Part shown: piece after piece, positions 39,594-48,450 of the stretch | Numbering within the stretch: position 1 is the first letter of the stretch | Layout of the letters: the number at the start of each line of letters is the position of its first letter | Origin: an uncultured delta proteobacterium | GTDB lineage: Bacteria > Myxococcota_A > Polyangia > Polyangiales > Polyangiaceae | Assembly (NCBI GenBank): GCA_963806225.1 | Contig: CAWDXG010000004.1 | Location: 4,672,001-4,736,000, forward strand | Direction of reading: 5' to 3' | DNA: 64,000 nt | The notes under the pieces: model-generated | Told to the model about the DNA's origin: nothing | The model's database searches: none | What the model saw: only the letters and a program-made list of their open reading frames with translations | Translations under genes and position numbers: made by a program

Positions 39594-40079
39594 CTACTGC
39601 GGCAGACCGGCCGCGATCCACGCCACGAGCTGGTCGCGCTCGGCGTTGGTCGGCTTCGGGCCGGTGCCGATCGGGAACTTCTCCGGCGGGGGGAACGACG
39701 CGCAACCCGCGAGCTTCGTCGTGGCCACGCCGCAGGCGATCTCGGCGTGGTCGCGCGTGATGTCGGTCATGCTGCTGTAGTCGCGGTTCGGGTCGCTCGA
39801 GTCGTGGCAACCGACGCAGTACTTGTCGAAGAAGCCCTTGGCGAAGCTCGCGTAGGTGTCGGCCTTGCCTGCGTCTCCCGGGGCTCCGCCCGCGCCGGAA
39901 CCCGCCGAACCGCCCGCTGCCGAGCCGCCCGCTGCCGAGCCGCCGGAGCCGCCGGAGCCGCCAGCGGCCGCACCGCCAGTGCCGGCGTTCCCTCCGCTGC
40001 CGCTGTTGTTGTTGCCGTTTCCGGAGGAACAGCCGAGAGCCAGGGTGGTCGCAAACAGAACCGGAAGGAACAAGCGCAT
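39594..40079 (-). CDS. lipoprotein with a single CxxCH heme-binding motif
   Basis: Lipobox ALGC, Gly linker, YCVGCH and PTNAERDQLVAWIAAG. Confidence 0.75.
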   Translation of the reverse strand: MRLFLPVLFATTLALGCSSGNGNNNSGSGGNAGTGGAAAGGSGGSGGSAAGGSAAGGSAGSGAGGAPGDAGKADTYASFAKGFFDKYCVGCHDSSDPNRDYSSMTDITRDHAEIACGVATTKLAGCASFPPPEKFPIGTGPKPTNAERDQLVAWIAAGLPQ

Positions 40080-40127
40080 GGCGCGAGCCTACCCGGCTTG
40101 CGCGACTTGTCCAATGTCAAGTCCTGC

Positions 40128-40682
40128 TCAGGCGGTGCGCAGCAGGGCCGACTCGTCGCTGCGCGCGTGGAGCTCCGAGTCGCACAGCTCCGCGACCATC
40201 TCCAGGAAGTCCTCGAAGCTGCTGCGGCGCAGGCCGATCTCGTTCACCCACGCGATCACCTCGAACTCGCCGTCGGCGTCGCTCACCGCGGGGTTGAACG
40301 CGAACAGCGTCGTCGCCTGCAGATCGATTCCAAACGGAATGAGCACACGGGGCCGGAACCGCGACGGCGGAGTGAGGTCGGCCACCGGCGTCTCCGCGGC
40401 GTCGAAGGTGGCGCGGGCCGCTTCCTCGTAGCAGCGCTTGCCGAGGTTGGCGGTGCCGAGCAGCGTTGCGCCCTCGAAGAAGCGCGGCCAGCCGTCGTGC
40501 TGGGCCAGGAAGGCGCGGTAGCTCGGCGGCAGCTCGCGTCCGAGGCGCTTCTCCGCCGCAGCAATCGCCACGCTCGATGCGGGCGGATTGGGCACGAGCC
40601 CGACATCGCGGAACGGCGCGATGCGCATGATCTCCGTCTGGTGCTGCCGGATGTCCTTCAGAAGCGTTTGCCACCTGGCCAT
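40128..40682 (-). CDS. SMI1/KNR4 family protein
   Basis: PPASSVAIAAAEKRLGRELPPSYRAFLAQHDG...SFEDFL. Confidence 0.88.
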   Translation of the reverse strand: MARWQTLLKDIRQHQTEIMRIAPFRDVGLVPNPPASSVAIAAAEKRLGRELPPSYRAFLAQHDGWPRFFEGATLLGTANLGKRCYEEAARATFDAAETPVADLTPPSRFRPRVLIPFGIDLQATTLFAFNPAVSDADGEFEVIAWVNEIGLRRSSFEDFLEMVAELCDSELHARSDESALLRTA

Positions 40683-40835
40683 CGATACCTCGCTGTTCGA
40701 GCCGGGCTGAACCTACGCGCGGCATTGTGCGGGGGCCCAGAAAACGGCGGGTCCCGGGCGCTCGTGGATGCGCGCGCAGAGCGGGTATCGGTGTGGCCAG
40801 GAGCGGGGATCGGAGAGGTGGAGTAGGCTCGCGGC

Positions 40836-41636
40836 GTGAGCGATGTCTGGATCGAGGCGCGGGGAGTGGACGCGGGATACCGCGACCGCCCGGTGCTCCA
40901 TGACGTGACGCTCGAGGCGCGCCGGGGCGAGCTGGTCGCCGTCGTGGGCGCCAACGGCGCCGGCAAGTCGACATTGGTGCGCGTGCTGGCGGGCACGCTC
41001 GCAGCCGAACGCGGCGAGGTGCGGCTCGGCGGAGCGCCGCTCTCGAAGCTTTCACGCCGCCAGATCGCGAAGAAGCTCGCCGTGGTTCCACAGGACAGCG
41101 ATGTCGCGTTCGGCTTCAGCGTGCGCGAGGTGGTGCTGATGGGCCGCGCGCCGCACCAAAGCGGGCTGCTCATCGCCGGCGAAGCCGATCGCGCTGCGGT
41201 CGACCGCGCGCTCGCCGACTGCGAGCTCGACGATCTCGCCGATCGCCCCGTCGCCGAGCTTTCCGGCGGCGAGCGCCGCCGCGTGGTCATCGCCCGCGCG
41301 CTGGCGCAACAGCCCGAAGCGCTGCTGCTCGACGAGCCCGCCGCGCACCTCGACATCCGCCACGCGGTGGTGCTGTACGACATGGCGCGCCGCGAAGCCG
41401 CCGAGCGAGGCGTGGCGTGCATCGCCGTCATGCACGATCTCAACGCTGCCGCGCGCTGGGGCGACCGCGCCGTGCTGCTCAAGGACGGCCGCGTACACGC
41501 GCAGGGGCGCGTCGACGAGGTGCTCGTTCCCGATCTGCTCGAACAGGTGTTCGGCATCGCGCTGCGCGTCGGCACCGATCCCGAGGACGGCGCGCGCTAC
41601 TTCCTGCCGCCGCGCTCGACTGCAGCCGCGGAATAG
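40836..41636 (+). CDS. ABC transporter ATP-binding protein (iron-siderophore/heme/B12 type)
   Basis: GANGAGKST, LSGGERRR, LLLDEP and HDLN. Confidence 0.93.
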   Translation: MSDVWIEARGVDAGYRDRPVLHDVTLEARRGELVAVVGANGAGKSTLVRVLAGTLAAERGEVRLGGAPLSKLSRRQIAKKLAVVPQDSDVAFGFSVREVVLMGRAPHQSGLLIAGEADRAAVDRALADCELDDLADRPVAELSGGERRRVVIARALAQQPEALLLDEPAAHLDIRHAVVLYDMARREAAERGVACIAVMHDLNAAARWGDRAVLLKDGRVHAQGRVDEVLVPDLLEQVFGIALRVGTDPEDGARYFLPPRSTAAAE

Positions 41637-41726
41637 AGCTGCCAGGTCGTGCCAGGCTGTGCCAGCCGCTGGCGCAGCGGCGCCGCGGTGAGCTGCAGCA
41701 ACCCGGCAAACTGCTCGTTTCCGCGT

Positions 41727-41742
41727 TGGCACGACTGCTGCT
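41727..41742 (+). promoter_or_regulatory. candidate sigma54 promoter
   Basis: TGGCACGactgCTGCT with GG-N10-GC spacing; predicted +1 near 41753. Confidence 0.55.
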
Positions 41743-41753
41743 CTCCCCTTGCC

Positions 41754-43682
41754 ATGCGTCGGCGTCATCTCGTGGGTTTCGCGTTCTTCCTTGTGGGTGC
41801 ATGCAGCAGCGCGCAGCGCGGGCAGCTGCCGGCTGCGGGTGGCTTCAGCGGCGGTACGCAGCCGCTCGCGCTGCTGCCCGCCCCCGGCGGGCTGTGCGGG
41901 GGCGACGGCACGCACAAGGACTGCGCCAATCCGGCGGGGTGCGCGGGCAGCGGCGCCAGCTCGAGTGGCGGCGGGCTGAACTCCGGTTCCGCAGGGGCCG
42001 CAGGCGCGGGATACGGGAGCGGATACGGGGGCAGCGGTGCGGGCAGCTATGGCGGTGGCAGCAGCTATGACGCCGGGAGCAGCTACGGCGGTAGCGGTGC
42101 CGGGAGCTGGGGCGGTTCGGCTGGCGCCGCCGGCGCCGGCGCCGCTCCGGCGTACGACGCCGGCCCGGTCGTGGACGCAGGCGGATGCAAGCTGGACCCG
42201 GAGGCGGGCATCACCAGCTGCGACGGCGGCACAGAGGCGGGCGCCGCAGGCAGCGCCACCGAGGGCGGCGCTGCGCCGCCTCCGGCCAGCACCAGCAACG
42301 CGACGTCCTCCACGCCGCCCCGCTCCACGCAGGCCTCGGCCTGCCAGAGCCTGGACTCGTCGAAGCCGTACACGCTGTATGAATCCGCGGACGACTCGAA
42401 CTCCACCGCCTCGCCCGTCATCGCGCGCGCACTGATCCGCGCGGGACGGCACGTGCCGCCGGATATCGTGCGGCCGTGGGAGTTCCTGAACTACTACACG
42501 TTCAACTTCGAGCCCGCCCAGCCGGGCCAGGTGCGGATCATTCCGCAGCTGTCGTCGTGTCCGGTCAACGGCCAGCTGTCGCTCCAGGTGGCGCTGCAGT
42601 CCGAACATCGATCGCCCGCCCAGCGCGCGCCGCTGAACATCACCTTCGTGCTCGACACCTCCGGCTCGATGGGGGGCGGCAACCAGACCGGTCAGCAGCC
42701 GATCGAGCTCGAACGCGACGCGGTGCTCGCCATCGCCGGGCAGCTGCGCACGAACGACGTGGTCTCGATGGTGACGTGGAGCACCACGCAGAACAACATC
42801 CTCGTCGGACACAAGGTCACCGGTCCTGACGACCCCGCCATCGTCTCGGCGGCCCAGGGGCTCACCGCCGGCGGCGGGACCGACCTGCACGCCGGCCTGG
42901 TGCGCGGCTACGAGCTCGCGAAGCAGAGCTACGCTGCCAATCGCATCAATCGCGTCGTGCTGATCAGTGATGGCATTGCCAACGTCGGCGTGACCGACGC
43001 AGATCTGATCGGCAAGTACGCCGACGACGAGGAGGGCCAGGCGGGCATCTATCTGGCGGGCATCGGTGTGGGGCAAGGCGTGAACGACACGCTGATGAAC
43101 AAGGTCACCGACGTCGGCCGCGGCGCGTACGTCTACCTCGACAGTGCTGCCGAGGCGCAGAAGATGCTCGGGCGTCGCTTCCTGTCGGTCATCGACCTGG
43201 CGGCGCGGTCCGTGCGTCTCGAGGTGACGCTCCCCTGGTATCTCGGCGTGGCGAAGTTCTACGGCGAGCAGATGTCGAAAAACCCCGCCAAGGTCCGGCC
43301 GCAGCACCTCGGCCCGAACGACGCGATGCTGTTCTTCCAGGTGCTCAAGGCCTGCGATCCGTCCCTGCTCCACGGCGACGACCACATCCGCCTGCGAGCT
43401 ACGTGGCAGGTCCCCTTCACCCGCGAAAAGCGCGACGCGGTGATCTACACGACGCTCAACGCTCTCGCGGGCGACGACGCCAACCTCACGAAAGCGGCAG
43501 CGATCACCGGCTACGCCGAAGCCGTCGGTCTGGCTGGGCAGGCGCCGGACCCGGCGAGCTCTATCAAGCTCCTGAAGAACGCCCTGGACAACGTGAAAGC
43601 CGCCAAGAACGCGACGACGGATCCAGACCTGTTGGAGATCGCGGGACTGCTCCAGAGTTACATCAAGGTCTTCGGCGGCTAG
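41754..43682 (+). CDS. VWA domain lipoprotein (YfbK-like)
   Basis: Lipobox VGAC, Gly-rich linker, EFLNYY, VLDTSGSM (MIDAS) and NRVVLISDGIANVG. Confidence 0.9.
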   Translation: MRRRHLVGFAFFLVGACSSAQRGQLPAAGGFSGGTQPLALLPAPGGLCGGDGTHKDCANPAGCAGSGASSSGGGLNSGSAGAAGAGYGSGYGGSGAGSYGGGSSYDAGSSYGGSGAGSWGGSAGAAGAGAAPAYDAGPVVDAGGCKLDPEAGITSCDGGTEAGAAGSATEGGAAPPPASTSNATSSTPPRSTQASACQSLDSSKPYTLYESADDSNSTASPVIARALIRAGRHVPPDIVRPWEFLNYYTFNFEPAQPGQVRIIPQLSSCPVNGQLSLQVALQSEHRSPAQRAPLNITFVLDTSGSMGGGNQTGQQPIELERDAVLAIAGQLRTNDVVSMVTWSTTQNNILVGHKVTGPDDPAIVSAAQGLTAGGGTDLHAGLVRGYELAKQSYAANRINRVVLISDGIANVGVTDADLIGKYADDEEGQAGIYLAGIGVGQGVNDTLMNKVTDVGRGAYVYLDSAAEAQKMLGRRFLSVIDLAARSVRLEVTLPWYLGVAKFYGEQMSKNPAKVRPQHLGPNDAMLFFQVLKACDPSLLHGDDHIRLRATWQVPFTREKRDAVIYTTLNALAGDDANLTKAAAITGYAEAVGLAGQAPDPASSIKLLKNALDNVKAAKNATTDPDLLEIAGLLQSYIKVFGG

Positions 43683-44166
43683 CTGCAGGGGCCGGATAGG
43701 GCGCGCCCCGGCTTCCACCCGTGGGCTCGAGAGCGGACCATGGGTGCCTCCTCGCGTCTGGTGGGCTGGGTTCGCGTCTTCTGCTGTGGGGCCCGGATGG
43801 GCGCCGCCGATATCTCCGTCCAGGCACTCCCTCTGCGGGTGGCGCACCCAACCAGGTACCAGAGCAGGCGCACCCCCTCCGTCCCCGCAGCCCAGGTGCT
43901 AACTGCGTCAAAATGCTACAAATATGTGGCAAAATGGCACGGTCTAGGGCCGCGTGGGGCCCCCGGCTGGGCGGCAGCCCGGCCTTGGGGGCCCGCGGCG
44001 CGCGCAGCCCGGCGGGCGAGCACGCCGCGCCGTGGAAGTGCGGCGGCGCGCGGAGCGCGGCGCTATCTGGGGGGCAGCCCTTCACCCAGCGGCGTGGGGG
44101 GCGGGGACAGAAGCACAAGGGCTGTCGGGAAGCGGCGCAAGACGGGCAGCGCGGCGCGACGGCATG

Positions 44167-45520
44167 CCCGCGCGACGGGCATTTTTGGAGGCAAGCCCGA
44201 GCTTGGAGGGTGAAATGCCCGTGCGACGGGCATTTTGATGCGCAAGCTCCCGTGCGACGGGCATTTGGCGGGGCAAGCTCGAGCTTGGAGGGTGAAATGC
44301 CCGCGCGACGGGCATTTTTGGAGGCAAGCCCGAGCTTGGAGGGCGAAATGCCCGCGCGACGGGCATTTGGGGTGGCAAGCTCCCGTGCGACGGGCATTTG
44401 GCGGGGCAAGCCCGAGCTTGGAGGGCGAAATGCCCGTGCGACGGGCATTTTTGGAGGCAAGCCCGAGCTTGGAGGGCGAAATGCCCGCGCGACGGGCATT
44501 TGGGGTGGCAAGCTCCCGTGCGACGGGCATTTGGCGGGGCAAGCCCGAGCTTGGAGGGTGAAATGCCCGTGCGACGGGCATTTTTGGAGGCAAGCCCGAG
44601 CTTGGAGGGCGAAATGCCCGCGCGACGGGCATTTTTGGAGGCAAGCCCGAGCTTGGAGGGCGAAATGCCCGCGCGACGGGCATTTTGATGCGCAAGCTCC
44701 CGTGCGACGGGCATTTGGCGGGGCAAGCCCGAGCTTGGAGGGTGAAATGCCCGTGCGACGGGCATTTTTGGAGGCAAGCCCGAGCTTGGAGGGCGAAATG
44801 CCCGCGCGACGGGCATTTTTGGAGGCAAGCCCGAGCTTGGAGGGCGAAATGCCCACGCGACGGGCATTTTGATGCGCAAGCTCCCGTGCGACGGGCATTT
44901 GGCGGGGCAAGCTCGAACTTGGAGGGTGAAATGCCCGTGCGACGGGCATTTTTGGAGGCAAGCCCGAGCTTGGAGGGCGAAATGCCCGCGCGACGGGCAT
45001 TTTGATGCGCAAGCTCCCGTGCGACGGGCATTTGGCGGGGCAAGCTCGAACTTGGAGGGTGAAATGCCCGCGCGACGGGCATTTTTGGAGGCAAGCCCGA
45101 GCTTGGAGGGCGAAATGCCCACGCGACGGGCATTTTGATGCGCAAGCTCCCGTGCGACGGGCATTTGGCGGGGCAAGCTCGAACTTGGAGGGTGAAATGC
45201 CCGTGCGACGGGCATTTGGCGGGGCAAGCTCGAACTTGGAGGGTGAAATGCCCGCGCGACGGGCATTTTTGGAGGCAAGCCCGAGCTTGGAGGGCGAAAT
45301 GCCCGTGCGACGGGCATTTTGATGCGCAAGCTCCCGTGCGACGGGCATTTTTGGAGGCAAGCCCGAGCTTGGAGGGCGAAATGCCCGCGCGACGGGCATT
45401 TTTGGAGGCAAGCCCGAGCTTGGAGGGCGAAATGCCCGCGCGACGGGCATTTGGGGTGGCAAGCTCCCGTGCGACGGGCATTTGGCGGGGCAAGCTCGAA
45501 CTTGGAGGGCGAAATGCCCG
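44167..45520. repeat. mosaic palindromic tandem array: 21 units of 51 bp and 9 units of 31 bp
   Basis: Each unit is ccc(g/a)(c/t)gcgacgggcattt + a 6-nt variant + gcaagc + either t or a 21-nt tail ending gaaatg. 21x51+9x31=1350 matches 44167-45516. Confidence 0.95.
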
Positions 45521-45563
45521 CGAGAGGCGCTTCTCGTGCTCTGGAGTTCACATAATCCATTCT

Positions 45564-46247
45564 CGCGCCGCGCTGCCCGTCGCGCCGCGCTGCCCGTCGC
45601 GCCGCCCTGCCCGTCGCGCCGCCCTGCCCGTCGCGCCGCGCTGCCCGTCGCGCCGCCCTGCCCGTCGCGCCGCCCTGCCCGTCGCGCCGCCCTGCCCGTC
45701 GCGCCGCGCCTGCCCGTCGCGCCGCCCTGCCCGTCGCGCCGCCCTGCCCGTCGCGCCGCCCTGCCCGTCGCGCCGCCCTGCCCGTCGCGCCGCGCTGCCC
45801 GTCGCGCCGCCCTGCCCGTCGCGCCGCCCTGCCCGTCGCGCCGCCGCTGCCCGTCGCGCCGCCCTGCCCGTCGCGCCGCCCTGCCCGTCGCGCCGCGCTG
45901 CCCGTCGCGCCGCCCTGCCCGTCGCGCCGCCCTGCCCGTCGCGTCGCGCCGCGCTGCCCGTCGCGTCGCGCCGCGCTGCCCGTCGCGCCGCCCTGCCCGT
46001 CGCGCCGCCCTGCCCGTCGCGCCGCCCTGCCCGTCGCGCCGCCCTGCCCGTCGCGCCGCCCTGCCCGTCGCGCCGCGCTGCCCGTCGCGCCGCCCTGCCC
46101 GTCGCGCCGCGCTGCCCGTCGCGCCGCCCTGCCCGTCGCGCCGCCCTGCCCGTCGCGCCGCCCTGCCCGTCGCGCCGCCCTGCCCGTCGCGCCGCCCTGC
46201 CCGTCGCGCCGCCCTGCCCGTCGCGCCGCGCTGCCCGTCGCGCCGCG
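45564..46247. repeat. 17-bp tandem repeat, about 40 copies
   Basis: gcgccgc(c/g)ctgcccgtc repeated with few interruptions. Confidence 0.95.
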
Positions 46248-46341
46248 GCCGCAGACACGTTCGCGGGGGCGCGGTCAACAATTGGGCAGAAATTGCCGCG
46301 ATTTCGTCCAGTTCCGGGTGTGCGCGGTAGACGCAAAGGTG

Positions 46342-48267
46342 ATGCGCGCGTGGGCGTTGCTGATCGTGATGGCGTTGCTGGGCGCGGTGGTGGGCTGCCG
46401 CGCGCCGGAGTCGCCGCCTAACCTGTTGAACGTGCTCGACGTCGCGCCGCGCGACGTGGACGTGGGCGACCGGCTCGAGGTGATCGGCACCGGCTTCCCC
46501 GAGGGCAAGCCGGCCACGCTCGGGTTCCACGGCACGCTGTACCGTCCGGGGGACAAGCCGCGCGACATCGATCTCGAAGTGCCCGCGCAGGCCACGAGCC
46601 CGAACCGCATCTCGGTGGTGCTGGACGAAGCGCTGCAGGCGGAGCTCTGCGGCAAGGGCGACGACGCGAAGCACACGACGTTCCGCGGGGAGGTGGTCGC
46701 GGCATTCGCGCCGCGCAACGCGGGCGCTCCGCCCGTCACCGGCACGGTGCACGAGGTGGTGCTCGACGTGTCGTCGCCGACGCTGGACGAGAGCGTCGTC
46801 AAGGAGCGCGAGGCCGAGGGACACAGTGCCCTGTCGTTCCTCGGCCTGCACGCGAAAGCCAACGCGGAAACGAGCGCGCTCACGATCAAGGGCGTCGACA
46901 AGAAGGGGCGCGGGGCGCGCGCCGGCCTGCAACCTGGCGATGTGCTGCTCGACTTCGATGGCGTGAGCGTGCGTTCGGCCAGCGACGTGATCCCGTCGGG
47001 CGCGACGCGCTTCGCGACCATCTCGGTGCAGCGTGGGCGGCTCCGCGAGCCGGTGGTGCGCCGCATCGACGTGCAGGGCTTCCAGCACGCTGCCCCGTCG
47101 GATCTGGCCGTCTCGGCCGTGTTGATCGGCCTCGCGGTGTCGATCCTGCTCCTGTTCATGGGACCGCTGTCGCGGCTTCTGACGTGGACCGAGCGACGCG
47201 TGGCCCAGCGGCTCAAGGCGAGCGCGAAGGGCAAGCGCCACGGTGCGCGCGGTTTCTTCGGGTGGGTGTTGTCCGGCCTGTCGGGCATGCTGGGGGACGA
47301 CCTCTTGCCATCGATGGTCGACCGCCCGGTGCTGCGCCTGGTGCCGTACCTGATCTTCCTGGGGGCGAGCGCTGCATTCACGATGATCGCGTTCGGGCAC
47401 GCGCTGGTAGCGCCCGATCTCGACCTGGCCATCGTGGTGCTGTCGTCGCTGACCGCGCTCGCGACGATCGGACTGATGCTGGGCGGTTGGCGCTCCGGTC
47501 GCGGCTGGTCGCTCGTGTCCGGCGTGAAAGCGGCGCTGTCCATCCTGAGCTACCAGCTGCCGGCGCTGGCCGCGATCGCGTGCGTGGTGATGACGGCGGG
47601 CAGCACGCGGCTGTCGGACATCGTCGAGGCGCAGGGCGCCGCGCCGTGGCACTGGTTCGTGTTTGCGAGCCCGGTCCTGTTGCTGTGCTTCATGCTGTTG
47701 ATGGTGACGGCGCTACCCGAGGCGAACCGCGCTCTCCTGGAGCTGCCGGAGGCGGATTCCGCGGGTGCCGGCAGCGCGGAGCCGTGCGCGCGGGCGACGC
47801 ATCCCGCGACGCGCTGCCTGATGTTCCTGGCGGAGTGGGGCCACGTGTTCCTGCTGAGCGGCGTGGCTGCGACGTTGTTCCTGGGCGGCTGGAGCCTGCC
47901 GTTCGTCCCGCCGCTTTCCCAGCAGAGCAGCGTGGGCTACCAGGCGCTCGGCGCGCTGCTGCTGCAGCTGAAGTGCTGGGCGCTGGTGCTGTTCGTGTTG
48001 TGGATCCGCTGGGCGCTGCCCAGGCTTTCCGTGGAGCAGATGCTGGGCGTGTGCTGGCGCGTACTGGTGCCGCTGTCGGTGCTGGCGATCGTGCTCTCCG
48101 GAGCGTGGCTGGCCGGGCTCGCGAGCCCGGTTCTCAGGTCCGTGCAGGGGGGCGTGCGCTACGTGCTCTTCGCGCTGTCGGTGTTCGTGGTCGGCTACTT
48201 CACGCTGCGCGTGCTCACCAGCCTGCGGACGACGAGCGGGCAGATGAACGTGAATCCCTGGCTGTGA
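46342..48267 (+). CDS. divergent NuoH-like membrane protein with N-terminal lipoprotein/PDZ-like extension
   Basis: Lipobox VVGC, about 230-aa soluble region with AGLQPGDVLLDFDG (PDZ-like), then ERRV, LSYQL, FLAEW and WIRWALPRL...LVPL (NuoH pattern). Confidence 0.8.
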   Translation: MRAWALLIVMALLGAVVGCRAPESPPNLLNVLDVAPRDVDVGDRLEVIGTGFPEGKPATLGFHGTLYRPGDKPRDIDLEVPAQATSPNRISVVLDEALQAELCGKGDDAKHTTFRGEVVAAFAPRNAGAPPVTGTVHEVVLDVSSPTLDESVVKEREAEGHSALSFLGLHAKANAETSALTIKGVDKKGRGARAGLQPGDVLLDFDGVSVRSASDVIPSGATRFATISVQRGRLREPVVRRIDVQGFQHAAPSDLAVSAVLIGLAVSILLLFMGPLSRLLTWTERRVAQRLKASAKGKRHGARGFFGWVLSGLSGMLGDDLLPSMVDRPVLRLVPYLIFLGASAAFTMIAFGHALVAPDLDLAIVVLSSLTALATIGLMLGGWRSGRGWSLVSGVKAALSILSYQLPALAAIACVVMTAGSTRLSDIVEAQGAAPWHWFVFASPVLLLCFMLLMVTALPEANRALLELPEADSAGAGSAEPCARATHPATRCLMFLAEWGHVFLLSGVAATLFLGGWSLPFVPPLSQQSSVGYQALGALLLQLKCWALVLFVLWIRWALPRLSVEQMLGVCWRVLVPLSVLAIVLSGAWLAGLASPVLRSVQGGVRYVLFALSVFVVGYFTLRVLTSLRTTSGQMNVNPWL

Positions 48268-48450
48268 CGCAGCTTGAAGTGTTGGCGGTCCGGCGCTAAC
48301 CCGTCTGCACCCCACTCTCCCCACCCCTCCGGAATCCTCCGCCGGGGCTCACCGCCCCGGGTTCCCCGACGTGACTTGCTTCGCCCATCGCGGGCTGGCT
48401 GTGGCTCGGCGGCTCTTCCAAAGGCTTCTTTTTCACCACGGGTCGCTTGC

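Noticed and set aside
41052..43847. Long antisense ORFs here and opposite many other genes
   Set aside because: These are shadow ORFs typical of high-GC DNA. The opposite strand carries the recognisable proteins.
43690..44140. Possible ncRNA or gene between the VWA gene and the arrays
   Set aside because: Contains a short AT-richer patch (about 43900-43935) but no recognisable RNA family or credible ORF.
44167..45520. CRISPR array
   Set aside because: The inter-repeat segments are themselves repeated (four hexamers and one tail). There are no unique spacers and no cas genes in the window.
43663..47652. Long ORFs (up to 1329 aa) across the repeat arrays
   Set aside because: The repeats are open in several frames on both strands, and the 31- and 17-bp units are not multiples of three. 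The translations are artefacts.
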